Origin: Naegleria gruberi
Taxonomy: Eukaryota
Strand: one strand, 5' to 3'
DNA length: 64,000 nt
Assembly (NCBI GenBank): GCA_000004985.1
Contig: GG738848.1
The notes beneath the pieces were generated by a model, which saw only the letters and a list, made by a program, of their open reading frames with translations, was not told where the DNA came from and made no database searches. A program made the translations under genes and the position numbers. Positions within the stretch are counted from its first letter, which is position 1. Every line of letters starts with the position of its first letter. Shown in pieces: positions 11,199 to 21,648 of this stretch.

Positions 11199-12083
11199 TT
11201 CGTTGGTGCTATTGCTTCAAGTGGTCCAGTCGAAGCTAAACTTGAATTCAATGAATATATGATGACTGTCGCTAATAGTATTGGTCCAAAATGTACTGAT
11301 AGAGTTAGAAAGGCCAATGATTTGATTGAACAATTGATTGCTACTCCTGCTGGTAGACAACGTGTTGCTTCCATGTTCAATGTCTGTAATCCAGAAAGCA
11401 TGACCAACAATGATGATATTGCATTGCTCTTCTCTAGTCTCTCTGATGGTGTCTGTGAAGTCGTTCAATACAATTTGGATAATAATGGAGCTCAAGGATT
11501 CAATGTTACATCAATGTGTGCCATTATTGAATCAAGTGATGATGCTTTGGAAGGTTTTGCCAATTGGGTCAAGACTTGGAATTCCTACAGTCAATCATCA
11601 TGTACTCAAAACTTGTACAGTGATTTCATCAAGCAAATGCAAGATGTTAGACCATGGCCTGCAAATGAAAATGCTGCTGGTCGTTCTTGGACATATCAAA
11701 CTTGTGTTGAATTTGGTTATTATCAAAATGCTGTTGGTCCAAAGCAACCATTCTCCCCAAGAATTACTTTGGAATGGTTCGTTCAACAATGTTCTCAAAT
11801 CTTTGGTATTAATGGAATGAAGCCAGATATTGACTTTACTAACAATATGTATGGTTCTAAGAATATTCAAACTACCAACACTGTTTTCAGTACTGGTTCT
11901 GTTGATCCATGGTCTGTTCTTGCTGTTGCTCAACCAACTAGAAATATTGCTCAAAATTATGTTTATCACATGCAAGGTACTGCTCACTGTGCTGATTTGT
12001 ATTCTAGCTCACCAAAGGATTTACCAACTCTTACTAATACCAGAGTTCAAACTCAAAAGTTGTTGGATCAATGGTTGGCATAA
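11199..12083 (+). CDS. S28 family serine carboxypeptidase, exon 2, after a 77-nt intron (11122..11198).
   Basis: Phase-0 splice gives ...KYPHL|FVGAIASSGPVEAK..., matching the S28 consensus (YPH..VGA.ASSAP). The frame continues into ORF 11259..12083, which has a catalytic His region (HCADL). Confidence 0.75.
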   Translation, partial: FVGAIASSGPVEAKLEFNEYMMTVANSIGPKCTDRVRKANDLIEQLIATPAGRQRVASMFNVCNPESMTNNDDIALLFSSLSDGVCEVVQYNLDNNGAQGFNVTSMCAIIESSDDALEGFANWVKTWNSYSQSSCTQNLYSDFIKQMQDVRPWPANENAAGRSWTYQTCVEFGYYQNAVGPKQPFSPRITLEWFVQQCSQIFGINGMKPDIDFTNNMYGSKNIQTTNTVFSTGSVDPWSVLAVAQPTRNIAQNYVYHMQGTAHCADLYSSSPKDLPTLTNTRVQTQKLLDQWLA

Positions 12084-12416
12084 ATAAATTATTATTGATA
12101 TCCAATTTCAATATATTTCGTGCAAAACATTCAAATCAAAAAACGAGATGAAAATCAAAGCTTTTTAAACATTTCAAACCCCTCACATTGGTGATTGTTA
12201 AGTTCTGACTGGAAGTTGAACTGAAGCCTAGTAACAAACCTTTAGAATAAATCGTGAATGCCTACTAATTGTATAGTTGGACTTAATATGTCGGAATGAG
12301 TGTGAAATGATGTAAAATTCTCACTAAGCCTGTTATCGAGTGCTACAGAAATTTATTAAGACCAAAAATTGCATATTATTTTTTGATGTTACCATGCTCC
12401 TTCGTGAAAATAATAC

Positions 12417-13847
12417 TCACTTCACATTGAGACAACAAGTAGTTTTACAAATACCCCTTATCTCTACCCTAATAGTTGAAATATCACTCTTAACTTCTTT
12501 AATTTCATAATTCATAATGTTACTCTCACTTTTAATATTATGGATATCAGTTTGCATGTTATCAATATCAGTTTTCATATTGCTAATATCATTCTTCATA
12601 CTTTTGATATCAGTCTTCACCTTAGTAATATCAGTCTTCATACTATCCACGTTATTATTAATTTTTTTGATATCATTCTTCATATTGTTGATATCTGTCT
12701 TCATATTGTTGATATCTGTCTTCATATTGTTGATGTCAGTCCTCACAGTGTTGATATCATTCTTCATATTGTGGACATCATTCTTAATATTATTAATATC
12801 GGACTTCATGCTATCAATATTAGTATTAAATTCAGACTTGGTCATGATTTCGTTTCGTATTTTCCTTAGTTCCTCCATAACATCTGCTAGGGACAAATTA
12901 CCACTTTTCACTTGTTCTCCCATTTTTTTCTTGTTAGAAACCTCAGCAACACCATCAGTTAATTTCTCTCCCTCAAGAATGATTTCCATCTCTGATTCAG
13001 CTAGAATGATTTCATCGGAAGCATTGTTATTGTCTTCATTCATTGAATGAGCAATAGAAGTATTCAGCTCTGTTTCTTCCATTACCATAACTTCATTGAT
13101 GTTTTCTTGATTAATAATATCGGGAGTTTCTTCCATTACATTAATTTGATTATTATCATCAGATGTGATAGGAGGATTTCTAATCTCTGGTTCTTCGTTC
13201 AGGTCAAACATAATTACATTTTGGGTATTAAGAGTAAAGCTATTAATATTAGCATTATTCTCCATCTCTGATTCAGTTAGAATAATTTCATCGGAAGCTT
13301 TGATATCCTCTTCTTTCTTGGAATGGGTGTTGGAATTAAGAGTGCTGCTATTCATACTTGATTCAGTTCTAGACTTTGATTTCTTAGAACGAGGCTTCTT
13401 TGTTGATTTGGCTTTCCTTGGAGCAACCATTTCAACAAAATCCTTCATCATTTGCAATAGTTCTTTCTCTCCAGAAAGGTGGGTGATTTCATGGAGAAAG
13501 TTGTACTTTAACTTGCTCTCATCATTCAATGGCTTGAGGAAATTACGAAATTCAGTCTTATCAATGTGATGGAAACTAAAATCATCCAACATGCTACAAA
13601 TAACATTCAAGAATGCCTCCTTGCTTCTCAATAAAACCCAAACTCCATTAGATTTCAATAAGAAGATAGGATGGTTCTTGTTCGCTAAATTATTCATGAA
13701 TTTTTCGAGTGGAAACTCGTTGAAATCATAACCCTTAACCAACACTCTGATTAGAGCAGGTGGAATGAAATCTCCAGTATCTCTATCTTTACTAACAAGA
13801 GTTTTGATAATGAGTTTCTTATCTTTATCAGAAGGCTGTGAATGCAT
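12417..13847 (-). CDS. Hypothetical protein (476 aa) with an acidic middle region and a C-terminal array of tandem heptad repeats (xDIxNMK), probably coiled-coil.
   Basis: ORF from the track. C-terminus reads NDVHNMKNDINTVRTDINNMKTDINNMKTDINNMKNDIKKINNNVDSMKTDITKVKTDIKSMKNDISNMKTDIDNMQTDIHNIK, encoded by 21-bp DNA repeats. Confidence 0.55.
   Translation of the reverse strand: MHSQPSDKDKKLIIKTLVSKDRDTGDFIPPALIRVLVKGYDFNEFPLEKFMNNLANKNHPIFLLKSNGVWVLLRSKEAFLNVICSMLDDFSFHHIDKTEFRNFLKPLNDESKLKYNFLHEITHLSGEKELLQMMKDFVEMVAPRKAKSTKKPRSKKSKSRTESSMNSSTLNSNTHSKKEEDIKASDEIILTESEMENNANINSFTLNTQNVIMFDLNEEPEIRNPPITSDDNNQINVMEETPDIINQENINEVMVMEETELNTSIAHSMNEDNNNASDEIILAESEMEIILEGEKLTDGVAEVSNKKKMGEQVKSGNLSLADVMEELRKIRNEIMTKSEFNTNIDSMKSDINNIKNDVHNMKNDINTVRTDINNMKTDINNMKTDINNMKNDIKKINNNVDSMKTDITKVKTDIKSMKNDISNMKTDIDNMQTDIHNIKSESNIMNYEIKEVKSDISTIRVEIRGICKTTCCLNVK
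12540..12830. repeat. Tandem 21-bp coding repeats (about 13 units) that encode the heptad array of the 12417..13847 gene.
   Basis: Repeated ttcatattgttgatatctgtc-like units are visible directly. They also produce spurious plus-strand ORFs (12517..13050, 12540..12869). Confidence 0.7.
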
Positions 13848-14294
13848 TTTTTTTTGAGAGAAGTTTAAGCGCCTTCTTTTCAGTGTTCTTTTCCGTTCTT
13901 ACTTGACTTGAATACAGGTGGTTGTTCAGTAGATTGAAATCCTTCAAGTTGATGAAGAGTGATGAATACATCAAGAATGGTATTAAGAAAGAGTAACCTT
14001 AACACCTTGTGGATTAATAACAATGTTAACCAACTTCTTTTCTTCAATATGCTTAGTAGAAAATAATACTGAATATTGGAAGAAGTTAACCATTTCGAAG
14101 CTTAATGAAACAATTCAATTGAGAAGGAAATCTGTGACTCAAATGAAATAATTGAAAAATAAAATGCAACTCCCAAAAATTGAGGTTTTCGAGATATCGG
14201 ATATAGATCGATTCTGTGTTTCATCCTTCATTTTGTATCTCGATCAAGCATATATTGGTAAAAAATCCATCAAAAAATTTATGTCATGGTTTCT

Positions 14295-15015
14295 CTAAAA
14301 CAACAATAATTGTTTCATTTCACTTATGTATTTGGATCCTTTATCACTAATTTCATTGTCAGAAATATTAAGTGATGTTAATTGTTTCATTTCACTTATG
14401 AATTTGGCTCCTTCATCACCAATTTCATTGTTATATATATCAAGTGATATCAATTGTTTCATTTCACTTATGAATTTGGCACCTTCATCACTAATTCGAT
14501 TTACACTAATATTAAGTGATGTTAATTGTTTCATTTCACTTATGTATTTAGCTCCCTCATCACTAATTTGATTGTAATAAATATCAAGTGATGTTAATTG
14601 TTTCATTTCACGTATTAATTTGAGTTGGTCTAAAGAGTCAAACAAATTTCCAGAAACTTTAAGATTAACAATACTATTCATGATTATCAACTTGAGTAAA
14701 TACAGCGAATTTGACACCTGACACATTTTCCAATGACTTGTGACTCTTACAGCTGCAGATTTAACACTTTCAGCAACTGCAAATGATAAATCTCCAGCAC
14801 TATATCTTGCCTCAGTCAATGAAAAGAATGATTTACGAAACAAGCTTGTCATTCCTTCCTTTTCTCACAATCGAATAAAACTTATTTCTCAAAGCATCTG
14901 ATTTCTTTCTAAGCATCGATTGACCACGTTTAGCACTATTCAAACGATTCTCCATTAATTGTAAGGTCATTCTATTCGGAACAACAGCCAATCTATTATT
15001 AATAGTAGCAGACAT
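14295..15015 (-). pseudogene. Chimeric / fragmentary locus. A V-type ATPase subunit D (VMA8-like) N-terminal fragment of about 115 aa is frameshifted once and then fused in frame to F-box/LRR-family repeats (5 LRR units), with no V-ATPase D C-terminal half.
   Basis: ORF 14833..15015 = MSATINNRLAVVPNRMTLQLMENRLNSAKRGQSMLRKKSDALRNKFYSIVRKG, matching the V-ATPase D N-terminus (FPTRMTL..MK.KLKGA.KGHSLLKKKSDAL..RFR). ORF 14295..14852 begins MTSLFRKSFFSLTEARYSAGDLSFAVAESVKSAAVRVTS, matching V-ATPase D (MQTAAFSLAEVSYATGENIGYQVQESVSTARFKVRA). It then switches to LKLIIMNSIVNLKVS...ISEMKQLTSLDIY..., which is identical in style to the 34999 and 43446 LRR genes. There is a +1 frame change between the two ORFs at about 14850. 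Confidence 0.55.
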
Positions 15016-15527
15016 TTTTTTCTGTTTTGAATTTCATCTCTTTGAATTTTTGTGAATTTAAAGTTTGGCATGTATAATTCAAAATTCTCTAAAATTTAGC
15101 AACAACTCTTTCGATCAACTTGCTGAGGTGCGCCACCAATGCACAAAACTTCCAAATTAACTGGACTTGAGCAAGAATGGCAATTCAGAAAAAGATGCCT
15201 CAATTGAAAGAACCAACTCTTTTGAAATTAGCTATTAAAGTTATCCATCCTTTAGATGATTGGAGTTATCACTGCAAATCTGAGAGAATTCATCAATAAA
15301 GTACTCGAACAAGGTCCTTGTATTTTATCCTAATTATTCCTTTTTATGTTCATCACTATAATAAATTATTGGATATTCTATATGCAACACAAGAAGGGGA
15401 AGTTTTATTTACAGAGAGGCATATTGTCTTGTGAGTTAATTACATTGTTTAGAGTGGGAGAGATCACTAATTGAAGTGACATATAAAGTTTGTTCAATAC
15501 TCATTGACCAACCAATAATAATCATAT

Positions 15528-15815
15528 TTAGAATGGACTGCCAGTCAAATAAAACTTGACACCAGCAACAGCACCTGCAATAGTAACACCAACTGCAACC
15601 CCAACTGGTCCACCAATGGCACCAGTTGCAGCTGCAGCTTGCATTGTAGAAACGGCACTTCCTGCAGCTACACCACCACCTGAAGCAATTGCAGTTGTGC
15701 TCATCCAAGCAGCTGCCCAAGAACCAGCAGCAATGCCAGCTTTAGTAAAACCAAACCAAGAAACGGCTTGAGTAAATCCAAGGTATGTTAATGTTCCTGC
15801 AGCAATGGAGGTCAT
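15528..15815 (-). CDS. IFI6/IFI27 (interferon-alpha-inducible 6-16 / ISG12)-family small Gly/Ala-rich membrane protein (95 aa).
   Basis: GFTKAGIAAGSWAAAWMSTTAIASGGGVAAGSAVSTMQAAAATGAIGG closely resembles the Ifi-6-16 family core (GFT.AGIAAGS.AAKMMS.AAIANGGGVAAGSLVATLQS.GAAG). The antisense ORF 15556..15771 is a GC-skew artefact. Confidence 0.6.
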   Translation of the reverse strand: MTSIAAGTLTYLGFTQAVSWFGFTKAGIAAGSWAAAWMSTTAIASGGGVAAGSAVSTMQAAAATGAIGGPVGVAVGVTIAGAVAGVKFYLTGSPF

Positions 15816-16244
15816 ATTATCAATTTTTTTTTAAATTAATATTTGAGAGATGTGTGTACTGTGTAGTTTAAAGGATTTTCAGATGTGGATATTTTTGGAA
15901 AGGGTTGGGAATTCTCAACCTTGGGTTGGGAAGTGTGATATTGATTGACACAATGCATAGAGATTTTAAAATCAACGATAATGAAAGAAGCGCCAATCAG
16001 TTTACAAGAGTGCACTGTATCATTTTCTGTGATGGAGGAGCAAGTGTTTCTGTTCTAGCTCACCAAAGAATTTACCTTGACTCTTGCCATAGTTCAAATT
16101 GTTTCAAATCAATCTTTACAAGAAGTCGTAGTACAACATGTTTGTTGTAATCCGTGCGGAAGCACTAACCAAGTAGATGTCTCTATTTTGCAAGGATTCT
16201 TGTTTGCAGAATAGATCATTCAAAAAAACACAAACAAATTCACC

Positions 16245-16630
16245 ATGCCTGTGTCCTCATCAGAAGAAGAAAAGCAAAATATCATTGCCAAGTGGGAAGA
16301 AGTTTTCAAAGTTGGATCTTCCATGACAAGCAAGGAAGCAATTCAAGAAAACAATCTCGGAAAGGAAGGCAATTTCGAATATTGTCACACCAAGCAGAAT
16401 GTTGATGTTTATGCATTAAAGACAGAGCATTCAACTATTGTAAGAGGTGATATTGTTGTTGAAGGAGCTAAAGCTGAAGAATTTTTGGCACATTTCGGAT
16501 CAGTTGACTTGGCAGAGAAAGTTAAATTTGATAGCACAACAAAGAGAATTGAAATTGTTGAGCAGTGGACTGATGAAAGTGATGGTTCTGCATGGAGAGT
16601 TCAATACTTTGTAATTTCAGTTGGAGGTAT
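16245..16630 (+). CDS. START/Bet v1-like (SRPBCC) lipid-binding domain protein, exon 1.
   Basis: ORF 16245..16646 ends ...WRVQYFVISVGG, followed by a GTATTT donor. The pattern resembles the START-domain N-terminal half. Confidence 0.5.
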
Positions 16631-16682
16631 GTATTTTCATTGCTAATTTTCCAAAAAAATGATTAGCTCTTGTTTCTGATAG

Positions 16683-17016
16683 AGATTTCCTCTATGTTTT
16701 GAGAATTTTCAAGAAGGATAACATCACCTACTTTTTAACTACCAGTATTGATGGCTTGTACACACCACCTTCAACATTCCAACCTCAAAATAAGGCAGTG
16801 AGAGGAACTAATCTATTTGTATGCCAAAGATACGAAACTCTTGAGAATGGAGATTTGCACATTAGTTATGCCAATCAAGTTTCACCAAATGGGTGGATTC
16901 CAATAAGCATTGTCAATGCAAATATCTATCCTGTTCCTCTTTCATTGGCTAAGATTGCAGATTCATTAAAGAAGAAAACTAAAGTTCCATCCAACTCTCC
17001 ATCCCTCAAAAAGTAA
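16683..17016 (+). CDS. START/Bet v1-like domain protein, exon 2, after a 52-nt intron (16631..16682).
   Basis: The in-phase junction gives ...VISVGG-I-DFLYVLRIFKKDNITYFLTTSIDGLYTPP...NGWIPISIVNANIYPVPLSLAKIA, matching the START C-terminal consensus (G.IP...VN.......P.....I). Confidence 0.5.
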
Positions 17017-17034
17017 ATTTCTTTTTCTTTATAT

Positions 17035-17813
17035 TTACATGGATACATAAAGCACAATTAGCAGAACGATAATGAGCACTAGAATCGAAGTCATGTCCCA
17101 TACTGATTTACCAGAATTAGATTCCACACTTGTTTCAGAGGCCTTGACATGAACGATTTTTTCCTCTTGTTCCTTAATGGTTTTCTTGGCCAAGTCAACC
17201 ATGTCAGGGAATAATTTAACAAAGTTGTGATTTTTCAAATTAACTTCGCAACTCATAAGGGCCAATTTCTTCTTTTCCTCTGGTGTTGTTGACATACTTC
17301 CATAAGTTGAGTCATTTTCCAAAAAGAAACTCAAAAATCCTTTCAATATCGAATCAAGATTCCACAATGGATTCCAACTTTCCTTATGAAAATTAGTATT
17401 ACTCATACAAATTGGTGTATTGGTTTTAAATCTTCCATTTGGTGTTATCATTTCAACCCCAGGAGGCTAATTATTTTCAATTCATAATGATCAATTATTA
17501 CTATGTAAAACTCATACCTTGTAAGGATAATCAGGAGGAAAGACTTTTTCCCGATAATATTATTAAATAAATAATAATTAATTGATTAATATATAATTAA
17601 ATACCTACCAATTTTTCCATGATAAATTCCTCCTTTATAAGGATCATACGGAAGTGAATGAATAACAAAATGCCATTCAAATATATTATTCTCCAGAGGA
17701 CAACATTCAATGTGTTCCATCGGATTCTTCTTGATCAGTTGCAATTCCTTCTTTAATCGGGTCTAAAGATAATCAAAAGATAATATTACATTCCGATATG
17801 AAAAAATCATCAT
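17035..17813 (-). CDS. UBE2J2: Ubiquitin-conjugating enzyme E2 J2 (UBC6-like, tail-anchored) with at least 4 exons. Introns are at 17467..17517 (51 nt) and 17544..17608 (65 nt), plus a questionable 27-nt first intron at 17763..17789.
   Basis: The spliced product reads TRLKKELQLIKKNPMEHIECCPLENNIFEWHFVIHSLPYDPYKGGIYHGKI-V-FPPDYPYK-PPGVEMITPNGRFKTNTPICMSNTNFHKESWNPLWNLDSILKGFLSFFLE...C-terminal TM. This matches UBE2J2 across UBC core motifs (HPN-like ITPNGRF, active Cys in ICMS). The 3' exon is ORF 17035..17451. Confidence 0.8.
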
Positions 17814-18029
17814 CAAAACATGTGTTTGAAAAAAACGTACGGTTGCTACGTTCATTGTAGGGTTGTTCTATTTTTTTCTAATTTTAAACAAATCTAATTT
17901 TTAATGTTTATCTTCTAATTGGTTTACAAACAAGTATTACAACATGTTATTAGTTACTTTGAAACAATTTTCATACGGCCTGATACAATTTCTTTATTAT
18001 CCTTGTGATTGAACTTGGCAGAATAAGAA

Positions 18030-19010
18030 ATGATTACAAAAATCATCGAGTTCGCTACTCAGATCAAAAAAATGACAAAACTCAAATCAAGCACCCACTC
18101 GCTCGATCGTCTACTATCCACCGTGCCATCAGAGATGCTCTACGAAATATTTGCCAATTTACCCTTCGTAGAATTGCTAAACATTTTTACATTGAATAGG
18201 GAGATTTATAATTTATTGATGGAGAGCGAATACTTTTTCGAGAAATTATGTAGAATTTATTGTAAATTAAATGATATTACGGAAAGTGAGTACGGAAAGG
18301 CTGTTGAGAGTGTAAAGGAAAGAAAAGATTTTAAGAATTTATATTTTTCTGTCATGCGCGAGTTGATTTCATGTTTTGGATATAAGTGGGATACTGAATA
18401 TCAGTATTACAAAGTTGCCAACAAGTTTGAATTGACATCCAACACTTTTAAAACAATCGAAAAACCTTCTCATGGTGATTTTTATACTGTGAAATCGGTC
18501 AGATTGTTGAAACCTGGCAGATATTACAAGTGGAAGATTAAATTGGATAACTATCATCCTGGAATTGTTTCAAATTCATTCAAAATCATGATTGGAATTG
18601 AATCTCTCAATTTCTTCCCTTTCAATGATCAACATAGTGGAGATGTCATTGGCTGGCAATCAGAATCAAAGGGAATAGCTTTAATTACTGGAACCAAAGA
18701 AATTATCCATGCAGGCTGTGGCGACAAACACAAAACTTTCAAGGTAGAACAAAACTTTGAAACTGGCGATATCATTCAAATAGAATTTGATTTAACAAAT
18801 GTTCCAAATGTTATCCCTCTCCAACATACTACAGAAAGATATTCTGATATAGAGGATGATGTAAAATATATGGGATCAGTGAGGTTTAGTCTAATTAGAG
18901 ACAAAACAACTCAAGAATTGAGACCTTGGTATCCATTCGGTGATGTGAGATTTGCTCCCTTCGTTCCAGCAGTTAGTGTAAACAGTGGACAAACTATTTC
19001 ATTTGTTTAA
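18030..19010 (+). CDS. F-box plus SPRY (B30.2-like) domain protein (326 aa).
   Basis: N-terminal F-box-like region LSTVPSEMLYEIFANLPFVELLNIFTLNREIYNLL. C-terminal SPRY-like region (YKWKIKLDNYHPGIVSNSFKIMIGIES...GDVIGWQSESKGIALITGTKEI...GDIIQIEFDL). Confidence 0.65.
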   Translation: MITKIIEFATQIKKMTKLKSSTHSLDRLLSTVPSEMLYEIFANLPFVELLNIFTLNREIYNLLMESEYFFEKLCRIYCKLNDITESEYGKAVESVKERKDFKNLYFSVMRELISCFGYKWDTEYQYYKVANKFELTSNTFKTIEKPSHGDFYTVKSVRLLKPGRYYKWKIKLDNYHPGIVSNSFKIMIGIESLNFFPFNDQHSGDVIGWQSESKGIALITGTKEIIHAGCGDKHKTFKVEQNFETGDIIQIEFDLTNVPNVIPLQHTTERYSDIEDDVKYMGSVRFSLIRDKTTQELRPWYPFGDVRFAPFVPAVSVNSGQTISFV

Positions 19011-19158
19011 CATAAATTTTGATGCACTCAATATCTCAAAGCTTTTATCCAACAAACGATCTAAAAAAGACCATCTATCCATTCAAGAAAATAACCAAAT
19101 CCATACTAATTGAAAAGATCAACAAACTTTACAAAATCTTAAAACTAAAAATAAAAAA

Positions 19159-21006
19159 ATGCAACAACAAACTGATAAAGAATCACAATGGATGATTTCA
19201 GTTACGACTCAAAGTGGTGGACAAGGAGAGGTTGAAGACATTCCAAGGATGAATCACCATGATGATGAACTAATGAACGATTCGGAAATAATGCTTGATA
19301 CTCATATATTGTCTGATTATTCCAAACTGAATGTAAATATTGAATATATCGACGAGTTGATGAATGGTTTGATAAAGAGTCACGGATTGAATGGCTTTGA
19401 TGAATTGAATCGATATCCAATGGATCAAATTCTCTTACGGGTAAGTAATTCTTTCCGATTATTGATTGTCATCTTGATAAGAAAGTTGAAACTCTAATAA
19501 TGGACGGTTATTGTTCGGAAGCCTTGAAAGTAAGCAAAGAATTGATACCCTCCATCGATGATAATAAGGAATTAATTGCCAAGTTTAATATTGTGCAAGT
19601 AAGTTGTTTCATATGAAAATAAAACTAACAAAGCCTTCGAATATTTCAATTTAACTAATTTTATTATAACTCGATTTAATTGGTTGTTGATTATCAAGTT
19701 GAGAGAGATGATATTAGGATGTACCATTGATGATTATTGTCAACAATTAAAGTGTATTGAATTTTGTAATTCAACCATTCCAGCCGATAAGACTCTGGAA
19801 ACCTCACCCGACCATGCCTTACTAATTGACACGTTGATGCTCTTGTTAAGGCAGAAAGATTGTGAATTTCAAAAGATGGAACAATTGGAAAGGGCTAGAA
19901 TTGAATTGTGGAAGGATTTTAAACGATATTGGAGTGTTGCAAAGATATTTAAGGATTCTGATTTGGAAATTGGAATGAAATACCTAATTATCAATCATAA
20001 TATTTATCATATCATGAATGGAGTGGAATCAAAGTTTCCAGAGATTGAGCAATTGTTACTTCCTGAGAAGGATGATGCTGTGTACAATCCCAAGCAGAAC
20101 AACCAGCAACGATTTGTTCTTGACTTGTGTCAAAAGTTGTGTCTCACAAGAGAGGAATCTATGAGTGCTCTGTATCATGCCCAGTCTGATATCAAGTTGG
20201 CAATTAGGAACGAATCCTCTCGGTTTCAATTGAATAAGAATTTATTCCTCAAACTCTTGGAAGAATATGTTGTTGTGAGAGGATTTGCGAACCAGAAGGA
20301 AGAAACAAAGATAATGAATTCTACTGTAAGGCAAATGATACAAGAATCGAGATTTGATGAATTAATAGAATATATCAATTCTGTGGATTCTACGATACTC
20401 CAAGAATATTCTCTGATTGATTATAGAATTTGTGAATGCTTATTTTATGATGCATTCATGAAGGGTAATGATTCGAATGCTCTTTCAATTGTTACACAAA
20501 AGATGATGCCATACAGAATGCAAAACTCCAAAATTGAGGAAGATTTCAATTGTGTTGTTTCATTGTTGGCCTTTGATAAGGACTCATCTGTATTCAATAC
20601 GAATGATCATGTACAGACTGTTATCAGAAAACTCGATTCTAACAAATCCGTTTTGGAAAAGTCGATACTGGAGATTCTATGTGTCTCTAGAGCAAGTAAT
20701 ACGAAACTTGTTCAAATATTGAAATATCTAATGAAGAATCATGAGATTAAGTATCAATTCGATACAGCAGAATCTGAACTATTGGACTATCTTAAACTGA
20801 AAAAGCTGTATCATCAATCCTATACCGAGTTTAGAGGGGAAACACCAGTTAAGGAAGAACCCTCATCCAATATCTCAAAACAGGATCAAGACATTCAATT
20901 ATTATACGATATTTTACAATTAACCAAAGATAGAGCGATTGAATTATTGAAACAATTCAAAACAGTTGATGCAGTGATTCAATCCTTTTTCAATGAAGAA
21001 GAATAA
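19159..21006 (+). CDS. Multi-exon gene for a hypothetical protein with a C-terminal UBA/CUE-like helical domain. Exons are about 19159..19440, about 19497..19528 plus 19529..19597 (small exons), and 19684..21006.
   Basis: ORF 19159..19497 ends at a GTAAGT donor (19441). The intervening segment has protein-like coding (MDGYCSEALKVSKELIPSIDDNKELIAKFNIVQ) ending at GTAAGT (19598). Acceptor ...ATCAAG|TTGAGAGAGATG joins ORF 19684..21006, whose C-terminus DIQLLYDILQLTKDRAIELLKQFKTVDAVIQSFF looks UBA-like. Confidence 0.5.
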
Positions 21007-21104
21007 CCCATAATTCAATAACAAGTGTGAGCGTCCATTACCATCTATTAGTTTGTTTGGTTATGTGAAATGTTCGGCAACTCTCAATCACAAATCAATA
21101 AAAA

Positions 21105-21648
21105 ATGTCGTCAACAAGGATAACTAAAAAGCAGCTAATTGACAGAGAATATGAGAAGGAGTCCTTTGCAGTTAAATCCCTACAGATGAAACAACATTTA
21201 GTTTTTGATACATCAACGGATCCTGCCCACGTATTTTGTCAATGTTTCGGAGCAGAGAAACCTAAAGAGTTTAGGTAGGATTAATTTTCAATAATAATTT
21301 AAATAATCCTGATAAATTAATAACATTCGGAATAGATTTTGGAAAGATTTCATCAATGATAAGGTAGATGAAAAACCAAGATTTTATACAGATACTTCCG
21401 ATCGGTTATGTGTAATGGTTTCAATTGACCATGATAAGATGCCAACTGCAATTGACCTAGTCTATTTCTTTATCAATAATGGAACCAATAAGAATTACAA
21501 ATTTGAAAAATACATTGTAGATGATCCAAAAGTTGGTCGAGCTCTAGGATTCAAAATCAGAGATCAAGTTTTCATTCTCAGAGTTACAAAACCTGCTGAT
21601 GTTTCGTCTTCAGGTTCAACAATTGCTACATCAGTGAATGGGAAATGA
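21105..21648 (+). CDS. Small conserved hypothetical protein (about 150 aa) in 3 exons: 21105..21170, 21202..21275, 21336..21648. The first intron is very short (31 nt); the second is 60 nt.
   Basis: ATG at 21105. The frame-preserving splices GCA|GTTAAA...TTTAG|TTT and AG|GTAGGA...AATAG|A give MSSTRITKKQLIDREYEKESFA-FLIHQRILPTYFVQCFGAEKPKEF-R-FWKDFINDKVDEKPRFYTDTSDRLCVMVSIDHDK.... The last exon includes ORF 21415..21648. Confidence 0.4.

Noticed and set aside
12517-13569. Plus-strand ORFs 12517..13050, 12540..12869, 13047..13271 and 13165..13569, opposite the heptad-repeat gene.
   Set aside because: They are antisense of the 21-bp repeat and acidic low-complexity region. Their translations are low-complexity (ILLISVF... 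repeats).
14326-14571. Antisense ORFs inside the LRR repeat arrays (14326..14571, 35310..35522, 35709..35954, 43868..44083, 44084..44299, 44759..45061, 45088..45357).
   Set aside because: They are the reverse complement of the 72-bp LRR repeats and are repetitive, Ser/Ile/Cys-rich peptides without start context. They are artefacts of the tandem repeats, not genes.
15556-15771. Plus-strand Ala/Pro-rich ORF 15556..15771 overlapping the IFI6-like gene.
   Set aside because: It is the antisense of Gly/Ala codons (GCN/GGN). The minus-strand product matches a known family.
16699-16701. Track ORFs beginning with M at non-ATG codons (for example 16699 TTG, 42052 CTT-type).
   Set aside because: The ORF track evidently uses a permissive bacterial-style start set. 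In this eukaryotic context these are internal exon frames, not alternative start codons.
21415-21648. Similarity of the 21105..21648 product to SRP9 (SDRLCVMV versus SDGNLCVKV).
   Set aside because: The match is a single short motif and the protein length is not consistent with SRP9. It is left as hypothetical.
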